From Utricularia gibba (taxonomy: Eukaryota; Plantae; Magnoliophyta): a stretch of DNA of 35,972 nucleotides. Positions 1-12,178 of this stretch are shown here, one piece after another. The stretch spans positions 1 through 35,972 of the forward strand of contig NEEC01000089.1 in NCBI GenBank assembly GCA_002189035.1, given 5' to 3'. Below the pieces are notes generated by a model that had not been told where the DNA came from, did no database searches, and was given only the letters and a program-made list of their open reading frames with translations. A program made the position numbers and the translations under genes. Numbering within the stretch: position 1 is the stretch's first letter; every line of letters begins with the position of its first letter.

Positions 1-50
1 CTTGAAGAGGCCTGCCTGGTTCTGTCCTAATGTATGTGAATAGAACGGCG

Positions 51-563
51 CTAGTTTTGCAGGACGACTGCCAAGCAGTTTTCCACCTGCCTGTTTAGAA
101 TTGTGGTGTACTTTGCAAGCGGGGAGTTGACATGAAACTCGGCCAGCGCATCGTCGCAGTCGTTGCTCAAGGCTGCGCTGAGATGCGTCACCGCTGTGCC
201 TTTGTCGTTGGACTGCAGGCCTTCGAGGCTCGTCTGCAAGTCGTCGACGAGACGGTCGAAGCCCTCGACGCACGTCCCCATGACGGCGTCCTGGCTCGTG
301 CTGTCCATGGTTGAGATGGCTGGCTGCAGCATACCAAGCTTGGCCTGGGCACGGCGTCCCGCCGCAAGGGCAGCTTTCACTGCATTGATGGAGGCGCCTT
401 CCAAGGTGGTGGCGCCATTCACCATTCTGTTGCACAGTCGCTTGTGGGTCGCGGTGCGGCACATTGGATTGACGTCAGGGAGACCCACAGCGTCACTAGT
501 CGAGAACCCCATGATCAGCAGCAGTACAACAGCAAAGGCACAGGTGACCATCTGGGAAGCCAT
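51..563 (-). CDS. Pectin methylesterase/invertase inhibitor (PMEI-domain) protein, single exon, 170 aa
   Basis: ATG at 563, TAG at 51-53. Hydrophobic N-terminal signal, then the PMEI Cys pattern (MCRTATHKRLC ... TCVEGFDRL ... LSAALSNDCDD ... NCLAVV). Confidence 0.85.
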   Translation of the reverse strand: MASQMVTCAFAVVLLLIMGFSTSDAVGLPDVNPMCRTATHKRLCNRMVNGATTLEGASINAVKAALAAGRRAQAKLGMLQPAISTMDSTSQDAVMGTCVEGFDRLVDDLQTSLEGLQSNDKGTAVTHLSAALSNDCDDALAEFHVNSPLAKYTTILNRQVENCLAVVLQN

Positions 564-820
564 TTTTCCTTCCGGAGCTGTATATCGATATGTGGTTTCT
601 CCACAAACGGAGACCAGAATTCAAATCAAGAACAAGGGGTGTACAGTGGATATGATTCTTCATATATATATGAGATTGAAAATCTTGAAAGTTACTGGTC
701 CTTCACTTTCTCAGCAACATATCACGGATAGCCTTCCAATAATAGAATGAATAGAATTACTCAACATAGCAGATTGAGAGATTGACCGTGTTTCTCGTAG
801 AGAACCACAGAAATTGGATG

Positions 821-3352
821 TCAATCCTTCCAAGTCCAAGATCCTCGTCCAGTCTTCAACAAAGCAGCATAGAGCAGCTCATTCCATGAATCTGGTACAC
901 CTGGTAAGCACCAATGACTGCAGTCTTCGGCATGTATTTCTTGTTGAGCAGATTGATAATCCGGCCGGTAGATTGAAGGATGGGCATCCTTTCTGTAATC
1001 TGTAAGCTTGCTTATGTTTAGATAGGAAACAGGGGTACGCATATCCTTCAGCACGTACTCCAGGACCTTCATCTTCGAAGGGTACTTCGCTAAATATGTA
1101 TCATTGTATATGGGCTCAGTCTCCTGGTGGCACTGCCCTCCTGAATTCCAAGGTCCACCCCTGCAATACAATCAGGAAAAAGGGTTAAGATTCAGTAATG
1201 TGAATCTATAAGTAGGAAGAAAAAAGACATTTTTTTTAACCTGAAATGAGTGACAGAGAATCCTCTGAAAATCACTTGGGTATGGCTATTCTTGATGTTC
1301 TTATCCACCCATCTTGCCCAAGTCGTCAATGCCCTTTTGAAAGCTTCCAAAACTTTCAATCTTGGATAAACGTGATTACCTTCCTGGTAGTAGTCTTCCC
1401 TTAAAAAACACAAACAGAACAGACTCAACACCCGTACTTTTAAAAGCAACTGCTGCAACTGAGAAGAACCAATTGATTTCAAGAACTCACCCTTGAGAAG
1501 TTTTCTCATGAGTCCACCAGTGGCCGGTATTGAATATAAGAACATCTGCATCATGATACATATGTGTCGTGTCGTCCATTAGATCAAGTCGGAGAGTCTC
1601 AAAGGAACCATTTTTCCCTTTGAAAGATGATTCCTTGACAAGGAATGGAGAACTGACGAAGTCTATGGAGCAGTTGTAATCCTGAAAGCAAAACCAGATA
1701 AAGACAGAAGGATTAGACAACAGAACTGAAGTGCAACACTTTTTCGGATAATTTGTATGGGGTGAGTGTCGATCATGCCTCGTATCTGAATGCATAAAAA
1801 CCTTTCTTTTTGAAATCGTGTCTTCCAGAAATCTCATACACTCGGCTTTTATCCTCAACACCATGACGAAGCAGGCAAACAAGAGACTCCCACATGTTCC
1901 TGTTGAGAGAATCTCCAACAAACACTAGCTTCTGCCCCCTCAGCCTCTCAAGAAAATCAGTAGCATTGAACCTATTAACCACATAGCATTCAGTCAACAA
2001 AGTGGACTTTAATTTAAGAGAGCAACTTTTGTTATAAAAACATATTGAACCACTAAGACATCCTTGACTTCAACACAATAAAAGAAGAATCCAAAGGGAT
2101 AGATACCAGTCTGCGACTCAGCTCTTCATTAAGGCAGAAACTTTCAAAATTCTTACTGAACCACTAAAACATGTTGTGACTACAAGTAGCAAATGTGTGA
2201 AAACTCGATCAACCATGAAATAGGTAGAATGGGAAGTGAACACAATCTTAAACCAGAGACAGTATCGGATTCTTTTTGTATGTCTACTCCACGTCAAACA
2301 TATCTTGGTGGTTCAAAACCTCTAGCCATACATAGCAGCTAGTAAACGTTCAAGTCAAACAGATGCAAAGTTTTGCAGGTAAACTAATTCTTGACTGGGA
2401 TTGAAAGACAAAAAAGATGTACCTAGGAATTTCACAGCCGTATGGTTGCCATCTCCACTTCTCAAATTCATTATCCCGTCTCCCATTAAGGTGGCAATCG
2501 AAATCCTTATCGATGTAAGGGCAGGACAGTGGAGGATAATATGGGAGTGTCATCCTTCCCCATCTACCATCAAACAAAATCACAGTTCTTCAAAGATTTG
2601 GTGACGACTGGCGGAGTTTCAGTTCCTTCGCTCCTCTTACCATCACCAGCAGCCGTAGGATTCGTCGCATTCACAGAAAATTCACCGGAACCGGCGTCCA
2701 CTGCATCGGTTTCGTTCTCTTTACCACTTGATAAGACTGGATTTGGAGCAGATTCTGATCCGTTATTTGCAAAGGTGGCATTTTGAGGGTTATCAAAAAC
2801 CTTCTTTTGGCCATCAGATCTTGTTGGCGCCGCTTCATTCAATTCACCCAAATGGGCGTCCAAAGACTCCCCCTTGTACTCGCTAGCAGTTGCTATGACT
2901 GAACTCTTGGCAGACTCCGACCCATTATTGGAAAAGCGTGCATCTTGAGGCTTATCAACCACTTCACCCACATGGGCATCATCAAAAACCTCCTTTTTCC
3001 CATCCGAACTTGTTGCCACCGTGGGATTCAATTCACCCGAACGATTCCCAGCGGTCTGAACAATTTCAGAAACATTAGCGCTTCCGGAAGTAGTACCATT
3101 ACCTGAATCGGTGTAGGAAACTGAAAAGGGCCAATGCAACAAGGGGGGATTACTCAGAGAACCAAAGCTATTCAATCTCTGGAACAAAGGGTCAAGGAAA
3201 GGCGTCCGGGAAGACGCATTCACCAACACTGCACTCACAACTATGAAAGACAACAGTACCACTACACTAAACGGCGAAACAGCCTTCCTCTTAAACGAAG
3301 ATAGCCACTGATCTGAATCCGCTCTGGGTAAACCGGCAAAAAAGGTAACCAT
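821..3352 (-). CDS. TBL2: Trichome birefringence-like (TBL2-like) polysaccharide O-acetyltransferase; 5 exons: 3352-2423, 1971-1779, 1681-1491, 1399-1241, 1160-821; apparent indels at about 2545-2580
   Basis: N-terminal TM helix, low-complexity stem, [19 protein letters not shown] motif ([17 protein letters not shown]) and DxxH motif ([19 protein letters not shown]). Peptides such as [18 protein letters not shown] and [12 protein letters not shown] match my recollection of Arabidopsis TBL2. Splice sites read by hand. Confidence 0.85.
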
Positions 3353-3713
3353 CTAGACTAAGTACACCGAAAACTCTACAAAATCCAAAGAATGCGGGTA
3401 ATATAAAGAAGGTCGGCTGTCTGTTGCTTTGATGAGCTTGAACAAAAATACACTGCAAAAGACAACGATGGTGGTAACCATAAAATTAGTGGAGGAGAAG
3501 CAGGAAGACGGAGGAGACACTTCGAGAGCGGACGTTAAGGGGCATCTTTGTAACATCACCCTCACCGACGATGAGCCTCTGCCACGTGGCACCGGGAACC
3601 CATACGCCGTACGCGGACGCGCCCCATGGAAACTGTTCTCTGCTTATGAAAGGTGCTCCTGGGCAGTGGGCACCACAGTCTTAAATCCTCGGATGGTCAT
3701 TCAAACGTACTGA

Positions 3714-3782
3714 TTGGGCCTTTAAGCCCATCGTATATTGAGCCGATAATTCAAGGCCCGATGTTCGCCCAATGGGCTTTCA
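3714..3782. promoter_or_regulatory. Cluster of site II-like (TGGGCY/RGCCCA) motifs upstream of the TBL gene
   Basis: tgggcc, agccca, gcccaatgggct within about 70 bp, about 400 bp upstream of the TBL ATG. Motif match only. Confidence 0.3.
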
Positions 3783-3999
3783 TTTTTCTCAAAAAAAGAA
3801 TATTTTTTTTTGTTCACATTTCATCTTCGTCGTCCCTGCCGCTGCTGCACGGCGAACAGAAAAACCAGAAGCTTCCTCTAATTCAATGCTTTTTACAGTA
3901 ACTATTCTCAGATCACATCACGCCTTCCTCAAAAACAAGCTAAACTTCGTACTACACAACTTCAAAGTTGTGTACAAAACAAGGGGGCCTAAGCTATAT

Positions 4000-6727
4000 C
4001 TATCTCGGGCCCGACAGTTCCATAGCCTCGACCATGGACGACTCCTCGAAGTAATCGGAATACCGTTCCGGCGGCAAGTTAAACGACCGCTGCCGTGGGC
4101 TCTCTTCTACACTCAGGGATTGCTCCCATTTCTCGGCAAGCCCATCGCCTTCAAGCATTCTCAAAACCTCGGACATCTTCGGCCTGTAAGAAGGATCGAA
4201 TTGTGTGCACAGGAGGGCCACCCGCACCATTTCTTCCAGCTCCATACCATCGAAGTCGTTCTTCAGTTCTTTATCCACCATCAGATTCAGTTTCCCATCC
4301 TGGTGAAGCTTTCTTACCTGAATGAACCACAAAATCAAGTATTGAAGGGATTTTGGTGCCTGGGTTTGAAGTAGCGATAGAACAACATACCCAGTCGAGA
4401 ATGGCGCCTTTCTGGCTCGCCCCACGTCCGAAATCAACAGCTTTCTGGCCGGTGATGAGTTCCAGGAGTAGGATTCCAAACCCGAAGACATCAGTTTTTT
4501 CAGATGATTGGCCGGTGGAGAGATACTCTGGCGCGATATGGCCGACAGTGCCACGGACTGCAGTGGTGACATGAGAGTCCCGGTGGTCCAAAAGCTTGGC
4601 TAAACCAAAATCTCCGACCACCGGCTCAAATCCTCTTCTAACAAAATGTTGGCTGCTTTCACATCACGGTGAATGATTTTGGGGTCACATTGTTCATGCA
4701 AATAAACGAGGCCCCGTGCAGTTCCAAGGGCAACACTCTTCCTCCTCGGCCAATCCAAAATCGGCCGCCCGTGACTCTGATCTGAAACTCAGACAAACCA
4801 GACATCACATGTTAAAGTTCATATTCTTGTCCAAGTGAACTGAGATCAAGCAATCACCTCTTAGTCTTGACGCAACGCTACCATTAGGCAGATACGGGTA
4901 AACGAGGAGGCGCTCGTTCTCCGTGGAGCAGAAGCCCCAGAGACGAAGAAGATTTCTGTGGACTGCTAAACTGATAAGCTCTACTTCTGTCTGAAACTGG
5001 GCTTCGCCCCGACAGCGTTGAAGTCGTTTAATCTTTTTACCGCAACCACTGTGCCATTGCCAAGCCGTCCTTTGTATACAGTACCGAATCCTCCCCTTCC
5101 GAGAATGTTTTTGGAGTTGAAATTATCCGTTGCTGCCTTCAGCTCCTTGAAACTAAATCTTCTCAGATGACCTAAACGTATTTCTGGGTCGGATTGATCT
5201 GCCAAAAAGAAAAAAATTTTACAGAACAATCGGAAGGATTGAAGAATTTGAATGACTTCGACAGCATACCGTGATCATCGAAGACTATTTGTTGATTCCG
5301 TCTGAACCCCCACCAGACAAACAAGCCAAGCAATACAATGGAGAGGAAACCAGCGATGCTTGCACTAATAGCAATGGTAACAAGATGTTTCGATCTGGAC
5401 TCCGATGGACCTGAAAACCCAACAAGTAAATACAAAAAACATTGGAGTACCTCTGTAAATCCAGCTACTTACTTTTTAAAGCGTCTGGGGGAAAGGATAA
5501 TGGTTCAGGGTACACAACTGTGCAGTTGTCTGGAGAACTAATCCCACAGATAAGTGGATTTCCATTAACTCTAAAAGCAAAGCAAAATCATGAACCAGCC
5601 ATAATCAGTACAGAAGAGAAATACAGAAAGGAAGGGGATGACTCACTTGAAGGTTCTAGCAGAAACTCTTGGTGGCGATCCACTAAGATTATTGAAAGAA
5701 AGATCTCTGCAGCAATTCATGGACAGTAATACGTGAGATACTCTATTACTGAACTACAGTTCGTAATGCGAGGTCAAAAAGCGAATCGAACAGTATAAAT
5801 CGGGTAAGCCAAAAGAAACCACGTACAAAAGTGTGAGGCTTTGGACTTTAGAAAGAGTAGCGGGAATGGGCCCGGTAAGAGTGTTGTTGTTCAGCCGCCT
5901 GACTTGCTCAAGGAAAGACAAGCACATGAGAGCAATCTTCATGTTGAGAATGATTTAAACTCCAAATCTACGTTACTCACAGATACTTCAAACTCGTGAG
6001 ATCTCCAAGAGAAGATGGAATTTCTCCAGTGAGCTTGTTTTGAGAGATCAAGAGTCTGAAGCTTCTCCAGCTTCCCGATAACATCAGGAATTGGACCTGA
6101 GATTTCATTGTTCTGCAGTGACCTGCAATGGCCCTAGCCATCAATGTAAATCAATTTAAACAATACTGGAAACAAGGGAATCTTACACAGATTGCAAACG
6201 CGTGAGATTTCCTATTCCTGTTGATATGATTCCGGACAAACTCAGGCTAGGCATCTCTCTGAAAGGGAGAAGCAGCATCATTCCACTGTAGATTAACTAG
6301 GAACTCGAAAATATTTTTCTAATTGATAAGCAGCTTTCTTACAGAGCAAAAACATATCCATCTGGTGAACAAGTAATAGTCCTCCAGCTGCATGGATCTA
6401 CAGAGTTAGCATCCCAATTCTCCAGGACGTTGTAAGGATCACGCAAGTCATTCTTGATTGAAATCAAAGCAACAACTGCAAGCAGTTAACACGAAGCTCA
6501 CAATTGCTGCCAATTATTGCAGATAAAACACAGGTAACTCGAAGAACTGTGCGCTCGAGGGAAAAATTCATAGAAACTTTACTGATAAGAAACGACCAGA
6601 AACTCGGAAGAAGAAGAAGCTAACCTTCATAGTTCACCCCCGATGGCGAGAGGGTGGAATAGGTGCTCTCAGTAGCTACTAAAACTAGGAAACTAATCCT
6701 TAGAAGAAAGGAAATGAGTTTCCCCAT
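4000..6727 (-). CDS. NIK3: LRR-II receptor-like kinase, NIK3/CIK1-like; 11 exons: 6727-6625, 6475-6343, 6258-6187, 6122-5981, 5898-5827, 5706-5647, 5570-5473, 5410-5270, 5198-4859, 4781-4391, 4317-4000; three apparent 1-2 bp deletions
   Basis: [15 protein letters not shown]-terminus, [12 protein letters not shown], 72-bp LRR exons, TM helix, [58 protein letters not shown] and MELSGPR C-terminus. SERK/NIK-type exon pattern with GT-AG introns. Confidence 0.9.
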
Positions 6728-8575
6728 CCCAGCCAACTCAAGAAAGTTGTCCTGTTTTACATGAATCACCTTGTGTTTGTCAAAATAGGATCACCTTTCT
6801 AATAAACGTTCTTTCCTGAATGCAGATATCGGAAACCCAGATGCAATATTGAACAAAAACAACAGAGTTCCTTGGAGAAGATTGGAGAGAACCGTGAAGA
6901 AGCTATAAACAACACAAATGAGAGATGCCAGGTAATAAAGACAGCAGAGACAGGAAATTTTGAGATCTGGGAATCCGAATTCCTTGAATTATCTGAACCC
7001 GTTCAGGGTTTAAGAAAATCCCAAAGCCTTCCCCTCCAATAATGATGGCAAAGAAGGCATTTGAAACTTCAACCTCAGCGACCCTTCAAAGGAAACGTCG
7101 CACTCCTCTCAAGATTAGCATCGCACTCACACCCCCTTACTGTATCGTGTATAATGCTCTGGGCAGCACATGTGATCGTATTTGCAGCATTTTGGCATCC
7201 AATACCAATACGCTGCTGCAACAGTGCAAGGCATCAAACCTGTAGCAAGATGTGGACTGCACCCCCAAAAACCTTTTTTTTTTTCCAGGAAAAAGTTCAC
7301 CTTTGTTCAAATTCCACACACTGAATTTAAAAACAAAGGAAAAAAAACTGGGGAAACGCTCAATATTCAGCGATTTTGACTGAAAAGATGCGCTGCAGGA
7401 GGAGCATGTTAGGGTAGGCCAAAAAGCAAGAAAGAACAATAAATAGTGGTGGGGGAGCCAAGTGCTTTTACCTTGTCCCCATAGTTGTCGTTTCGCTTTC
7501 GTCTTTAATGAAAATTCCATTTACTCAACAATCAAGAAGCTTCACATATCATTTAAATTAGTAATCAATGGCAAAACTGAAATACGGTGCCTGAATCCTC
7601 TCTCCGCCGCGGAGACACACCGGCTGCAAGGCGCCATTTTTGTCGCTTTGGAAAATCTGCACATTCTCCACCGCACCTCGAAAACGCTAACGCCTTTAAT
7701 CAAACCCAAAGCACCCTTTAATCGCACTCGCATTGACCTCGTCGCAGTGTGATTATGCCCTTTGCTCCTCCCCAATTTTCAAACCCTAACACGAAAGTAT
7801 CACAAAACGTTCTCTGAACTCGCAAGTTCATTGATTTTTCGATTTATAAATACAATTTTTTAATGTCGGAATTAATTAATAACCTGCTTTAAAACGCTAT
7901 TAACAAAGTCATCAAGAAATCAATTCCTGGGATTTTCAAAACGTGGCCCTTAGCCCAACGATAGTGATCATTGTGGAGGGGCCCCGCCTACGTCTCAGGC
8001 GGGGCCCAGCCTATGGTCTATATATACTAAAGGATAGTTATTTTTGGGTTTACCTTTTCTCAAAAACATCATTTATCAGTCGTGTTTTTTGGGCTCATGG
8101 GCCGGACAATCCGCGCAAGCAAAACCCAGGCTCAATGGGCCCCTAACGTACTTGGGCCTGTTTCTGGTTTAGTTGGTTGTTGAGTAGTGTGTATGTGGCC
8201 CGATCCAATTGTTGAGATTCAGGAATCCGATTCTTATGCTGTATTATTTTAAAATATATACATATTATATAAATTAATATAATCATAATTAAAAAAATTA
8301 ATTTATCAAATACCACAATTAAATTAAAAAAATTATTAATATCTAAATGTCAATGTGAAAAAACATTGATTAGGGTTAACTATATATTTAGCATACGCAA
8401 GGCAAGCCTCATTAAGGGCTTGAAGAATGGATAGGGGTATTCGTAAAGTATGTATTTAGCATAGGGAAGGCAAGCAGCACCACACACGCATGGTTTCCTT
8501 GGAGACCAGATACAATGAAACCACGATTATTCTGAGAGAAGCGGACTCCATGATCGTTTCTTTGTGCTTGTGCAC

Positions 8576-10059
8576 TCAATCTGCAGCAGCCCAAATCAGA
8601 TCGTTCTGGAAGATCCAATGGCAGACCTCTGTCTTTCCCGGGCTGGAGCGCAGTGCCTGGAAGGCTGCGTGGTCGGGGCTCCAGGAAGAAGTATCCTCAT
8701 GGCAGATGGCAACGCCATGGTTAACCTGGGACTTCGTTTTGGGATCCAGGATGTCGGCTTCGTAGACCCGGACGCCATTGACAGAGTGGCAGTAGTAGAG
8801 CAGGTATGGATAGAGTGTCTGATGACACGAGACTGAGTTGGTCACTTCTCCACCATTGATCCCTTTCACGTCTCCCAGTAAGATCACGCCATTGGAGCCG
8901 GCCGGGGTATCCATGGTTCGAACTTCCGCGTTTCGGCCCAGGATGAAGGTGGCGAAGTCGATCATGTCCTCGATCGACGCCACGCACCGCTTGGTTTCGC
9001 CTCGGTTGGGGACACGCTCGCAGCCCTGGGTCGCGTCGGAGATTATTTTGGACATGCTTGAGTCATTCGCAGCGTGAAAAATAGTTCTGATTTCGGAGAT
9101 CTTGGAGGAGGCGAAGGGCAGCTTCGAGACGATGGCGCGGGGCAAGAATGACCTTCTGGGCTTCTGATCGATAAAATCCGGCATCCGCAACTGGGTACCG
9201 GGTTTCAACATGGCCTCCCGGAAGAATATCCCCGGCGGCGGCGCCGGCTTGTTTATCCCCTTATAGCCTTCGAAGTCCTTGTGGTAGTGGTTGTATTCTT
9301 TGAACTCCGGAGGAAAGTCCGCCGGAGGCTTTTCATGTCCCTATTCAGAACACAGCTTTGCACTTTAAGTACAAATTAAACAAAAATATTTGTCAAAAAA
9401 TAATTAACTAAATTCATTTCGCTATTATAAATTATTATTTTATTAATATTTAAATTTGAATTTTGTAATAAATGCACGATTTCAACGTGTTTACCTCTTT
9501 ACTGCCTCCCTTTTGGTTGTATGTCTGGAATTGAGGCGTTTTATTTTCCTGTTTTAAAAATAAACATGCTCAAGAAAACAGAAGGAATTAAAAAATGAAT
9601 TTATACACAAGCTGCTTTTTACCTTTTGATCTTCCAGTTCTGGGGAGTCCTCGTGGTGTTTGAAACACATGAGGTTCGCCTGTGCGCAGAACACCGGCAG
9701 TCGTTGCGACAGGGCTTTCGGGTCATCGGCAATCTTACGGAATTCGGCGAACTGCGCCGCCGTGAGCGGTGACGCCTTATCCAGCAAGAACCCCGAGAGC
9801 GGTGCATCGTTGGTGACATGCTTTTCCCAGTAACTAAACAGATAAGCTTTAGGCGTCGACGGAATTTTCTCTCCTCCTCCGGCGACCCTTCCCACCTTCA
9901 GGATAATATTTGTGTTTTGGTTAAACACCGTGCAACTAGTTGTGCAACTAACAGATGAGCAAAGCGTGGAAGCTTATGATTCCTTACATGGGAAATTAGA
10001 GGTACGGCGAAGGCCAACAGCCACATCAGGCGGCGGTGGAGTGGATGATCAGACGCCAT
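8576..10059 (-). CDS. BURP copy A: PG1beta-derived BURP-domain protein, 369 aa; exons 10059-9988, 9895-9623, 9340-8576
   Basis: Exon lengths 72/273/765, all phase 0, GT-AG. Signal-like MASDHPLHRRLMWLLAFAVPLISH; pro-region TPKAYLFSYWEKH...DKASPLTAAQF...FCAQANLMC; short core FKEYNHYHKDFEGY; BURP domain with CHQ, CHS, CHE, CHW intact. Confidence 0.85.
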
Positions 10060-10344
10060 AGCTGGGTGAAGAAATGAAGAAAGCAACTGAGCGTTGCTCG
10101 CGATAGGGTCTCCAATTAATTTGCTTTAGGTGGGGGGCAGTCTCCAAGGGCTGTCATGTCCTCTGTTGATTCTTGTCGCGAAGCCGGGCATTGAAACGTT
10201 GATTGCGCAGGTCACATGTGGCCATCATCATCCTCAATATCTCTTAAATATTTAATTCATTGATATTTTTAATCATACACCACATTGGGAGCTTGAGCTT
10301 TCAGTGAAGCAACACAAGACTTATTTATTTCTACATTCTTGCGC

Positions 10345-11906
10345 TCAGTCTGCAACCACCCATGTCAGATCATTCTGAAAGATCCAATGACAGACCTCGA
10401 TCTCACCCGGGGCGGAGCCCAGGGCGGCGAAAGCCGGATGGTTCGAGCTCCAGGAAGAAGTATCCTCATGACAAACAGCAACCCCATGGTTGATCTTGGC
10501 CTTCGTTTTCAGATCCAGGAGGTCGGATTCATAGACCCGAATGCCATTAACGGAGTGGCAGTAGTAAAGCAAGTAGGGATAAAGGGTTTGATGGCACGAA
10601 ACGGACTTGGTCACTCTTCCACCGTTGATTCCTCTGACGTTACCCAGTAGCACCGTGGCATTGGAGCCTGCTGCTCCATCCATGGTTCGAACAACCACGT
10701 CTCGGCCAAGGACGATTGTGGCAAAGTCGATCATGTCCTCGATCGACGCCACGCATCGCTTCGTCTCGCCCTGGTTAGGGGCTCGCTCGCAATCCTCGAT
10801 TGCCTCCGTGAACATTTTGGACTTGCTTGAGTCGTCTTGCGCGTGAAAAATAAACTTGATATCGGATATCTTGTCGGAGGAGAACGGCAGCTTAGAGATG
10901 ATGCGGCGCGGCAGAAATGACCTTATGGGCTTTCTGTCTATGAAGTCCGGCATGAGGATCGGGGCCCCGGATTTCAGCGTCGCCTCTCTGAAGAATATGC
11001 CCGGCGGTACCCGCTTGTTGCCGTCCGCGTCCTTGAGGTACTCGTTGTAGCGTTTGAATTTGGTGCCGGAATATATCGGCTTTTCCGGCTGTCCAAAATA
11101 ATGTACCAATTTTAAAATATGAAAAAAAATGCATTTTTTTTCCAAATTAAAGTCATTTTCAATAATCTGCAGCATAATTTCAATACCTTCTTAGGACCTC
11201 CTTTATTGTAATTCTGGAAATCGACATCCAGTAATTCTGGTTTTATATTTTCCTGATAATAAATGGAAGAAAAATAATTCAAATAAGAATAAATGTTTTT
11301 TTCTTACAAAAAAAAATTATTTATTTTAAATTATAAAATTAAATCCTGTAATTACTTCCATCAGCTGAAGAAGAAACTTCGTTTGTTACCTTTTGATTTT
11401 TCTGAGAGTCGCCCCTGCGATACTCGTTGTAGAGAATGAAAGCGATAACCAAGGATGTGTTCTTAACACTTTCCACAGAATCGGGAAAGCACATGAGGTT
11501 AGCCTGTGAACAAAGCTCCGGCAACCGCTCCGACAGGGCTTTCGGATCATCGGAGACCTTTAAGAACTCAGCGTACTGCGCCGCCGTGAGGGGCGACGCC
11601 TTATCCATCAAGAACTCCGATTTGGGTAAGCCACCAGCGACATGCTCTTCCCAGTAACGAAGGAGATAAGCTCGAGGAGTTAACAGATGATCCTCGGGTT
11701 TACCAGAATGAACTCCTCCACCTACCCTTCCCACCTGCATCCATTATCACAAAGAAAAGTAAGCTACTTCACTCAGTCCAGGAAACAAAACCGAGTTCGG
11801 GATCTCTCACGTTGGAAATTAGAGCGAAGACGATGACCACCGTCGACAAGTGGAGGCGCCACTGACGAGAAGCGGCGGGTGCCGCCGAGGAGGTTATGGG
11901 AAGCAT
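10345..11906 (-). CDS. BURP copy B: PG1beta-derived BURP-domain protein, about 394 aa; exons 11906-11811, 11734-11390, 11088-10345
   Basis: Exon lengths 96/345/744, phase 0. Cores FILYNEY (exon 2) and FKRYNEY (exon 3); four CH motifs intact. The last acceptor (ggacag|CCG at 11088) is inferred from frame. Confidence 0.8.
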
Positions 11907-11956
11907 CGCTGTGAGAAGAAGATGGAGGGTGGATTTCACCGAGAAACAACCTTTTT

Positions 11957-11962
11957 TTTATA
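11957..11962 (-). promoter_or_regulatory. TATA box of BURP copy B
   Basis: TATAAA about 50 bp upstream of the ATG; a similarly placed motif precedes copies C-F. Confidence 0.55.
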
Positions 11963-12178
11963 ACTCCTGGCGGCCGGCGGTACAGGAGATTGCTAAATAA
12001 TTTTTTAAAAAATTTTCAACCCAACATTCCCTATTTTAAAATTATGGATCTAATTCGAAGTTATATTTAAATTAATAATTTTACTTCTACTCAAAAAATA
12101 ATTAAAAAAATATTAAATATAACACACTTCATCATAAAAAGAAATATGGTACGGCGTCACGGCGTCACATCCGCCTGG

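Noticed and set aside
132-750. Plus-strand ORFs over the PMEI gene
   Set aside because: Antisense shadows with no recognisable domain.
3353-4374. ORFs 3353-3592, 3429-3713, 3653-3901 and 3772-4374
   Set aside because: UTR, intergenic or antisense to NIK3; no protein-like signature.
821-6727. Calling TBL2 and NIK3 pseudogenes
   Set aside because: Indels fall mostly in homopolymers, splice sites and catalytic motifs are intact, and there is no accumulated decay. Sequence error is more likely.
7042-8146. Short ORFs upstream of NIK3
   Set aside because: Low-complexity 5' leader/intron/promoter-type sequence with no supportable coding call.
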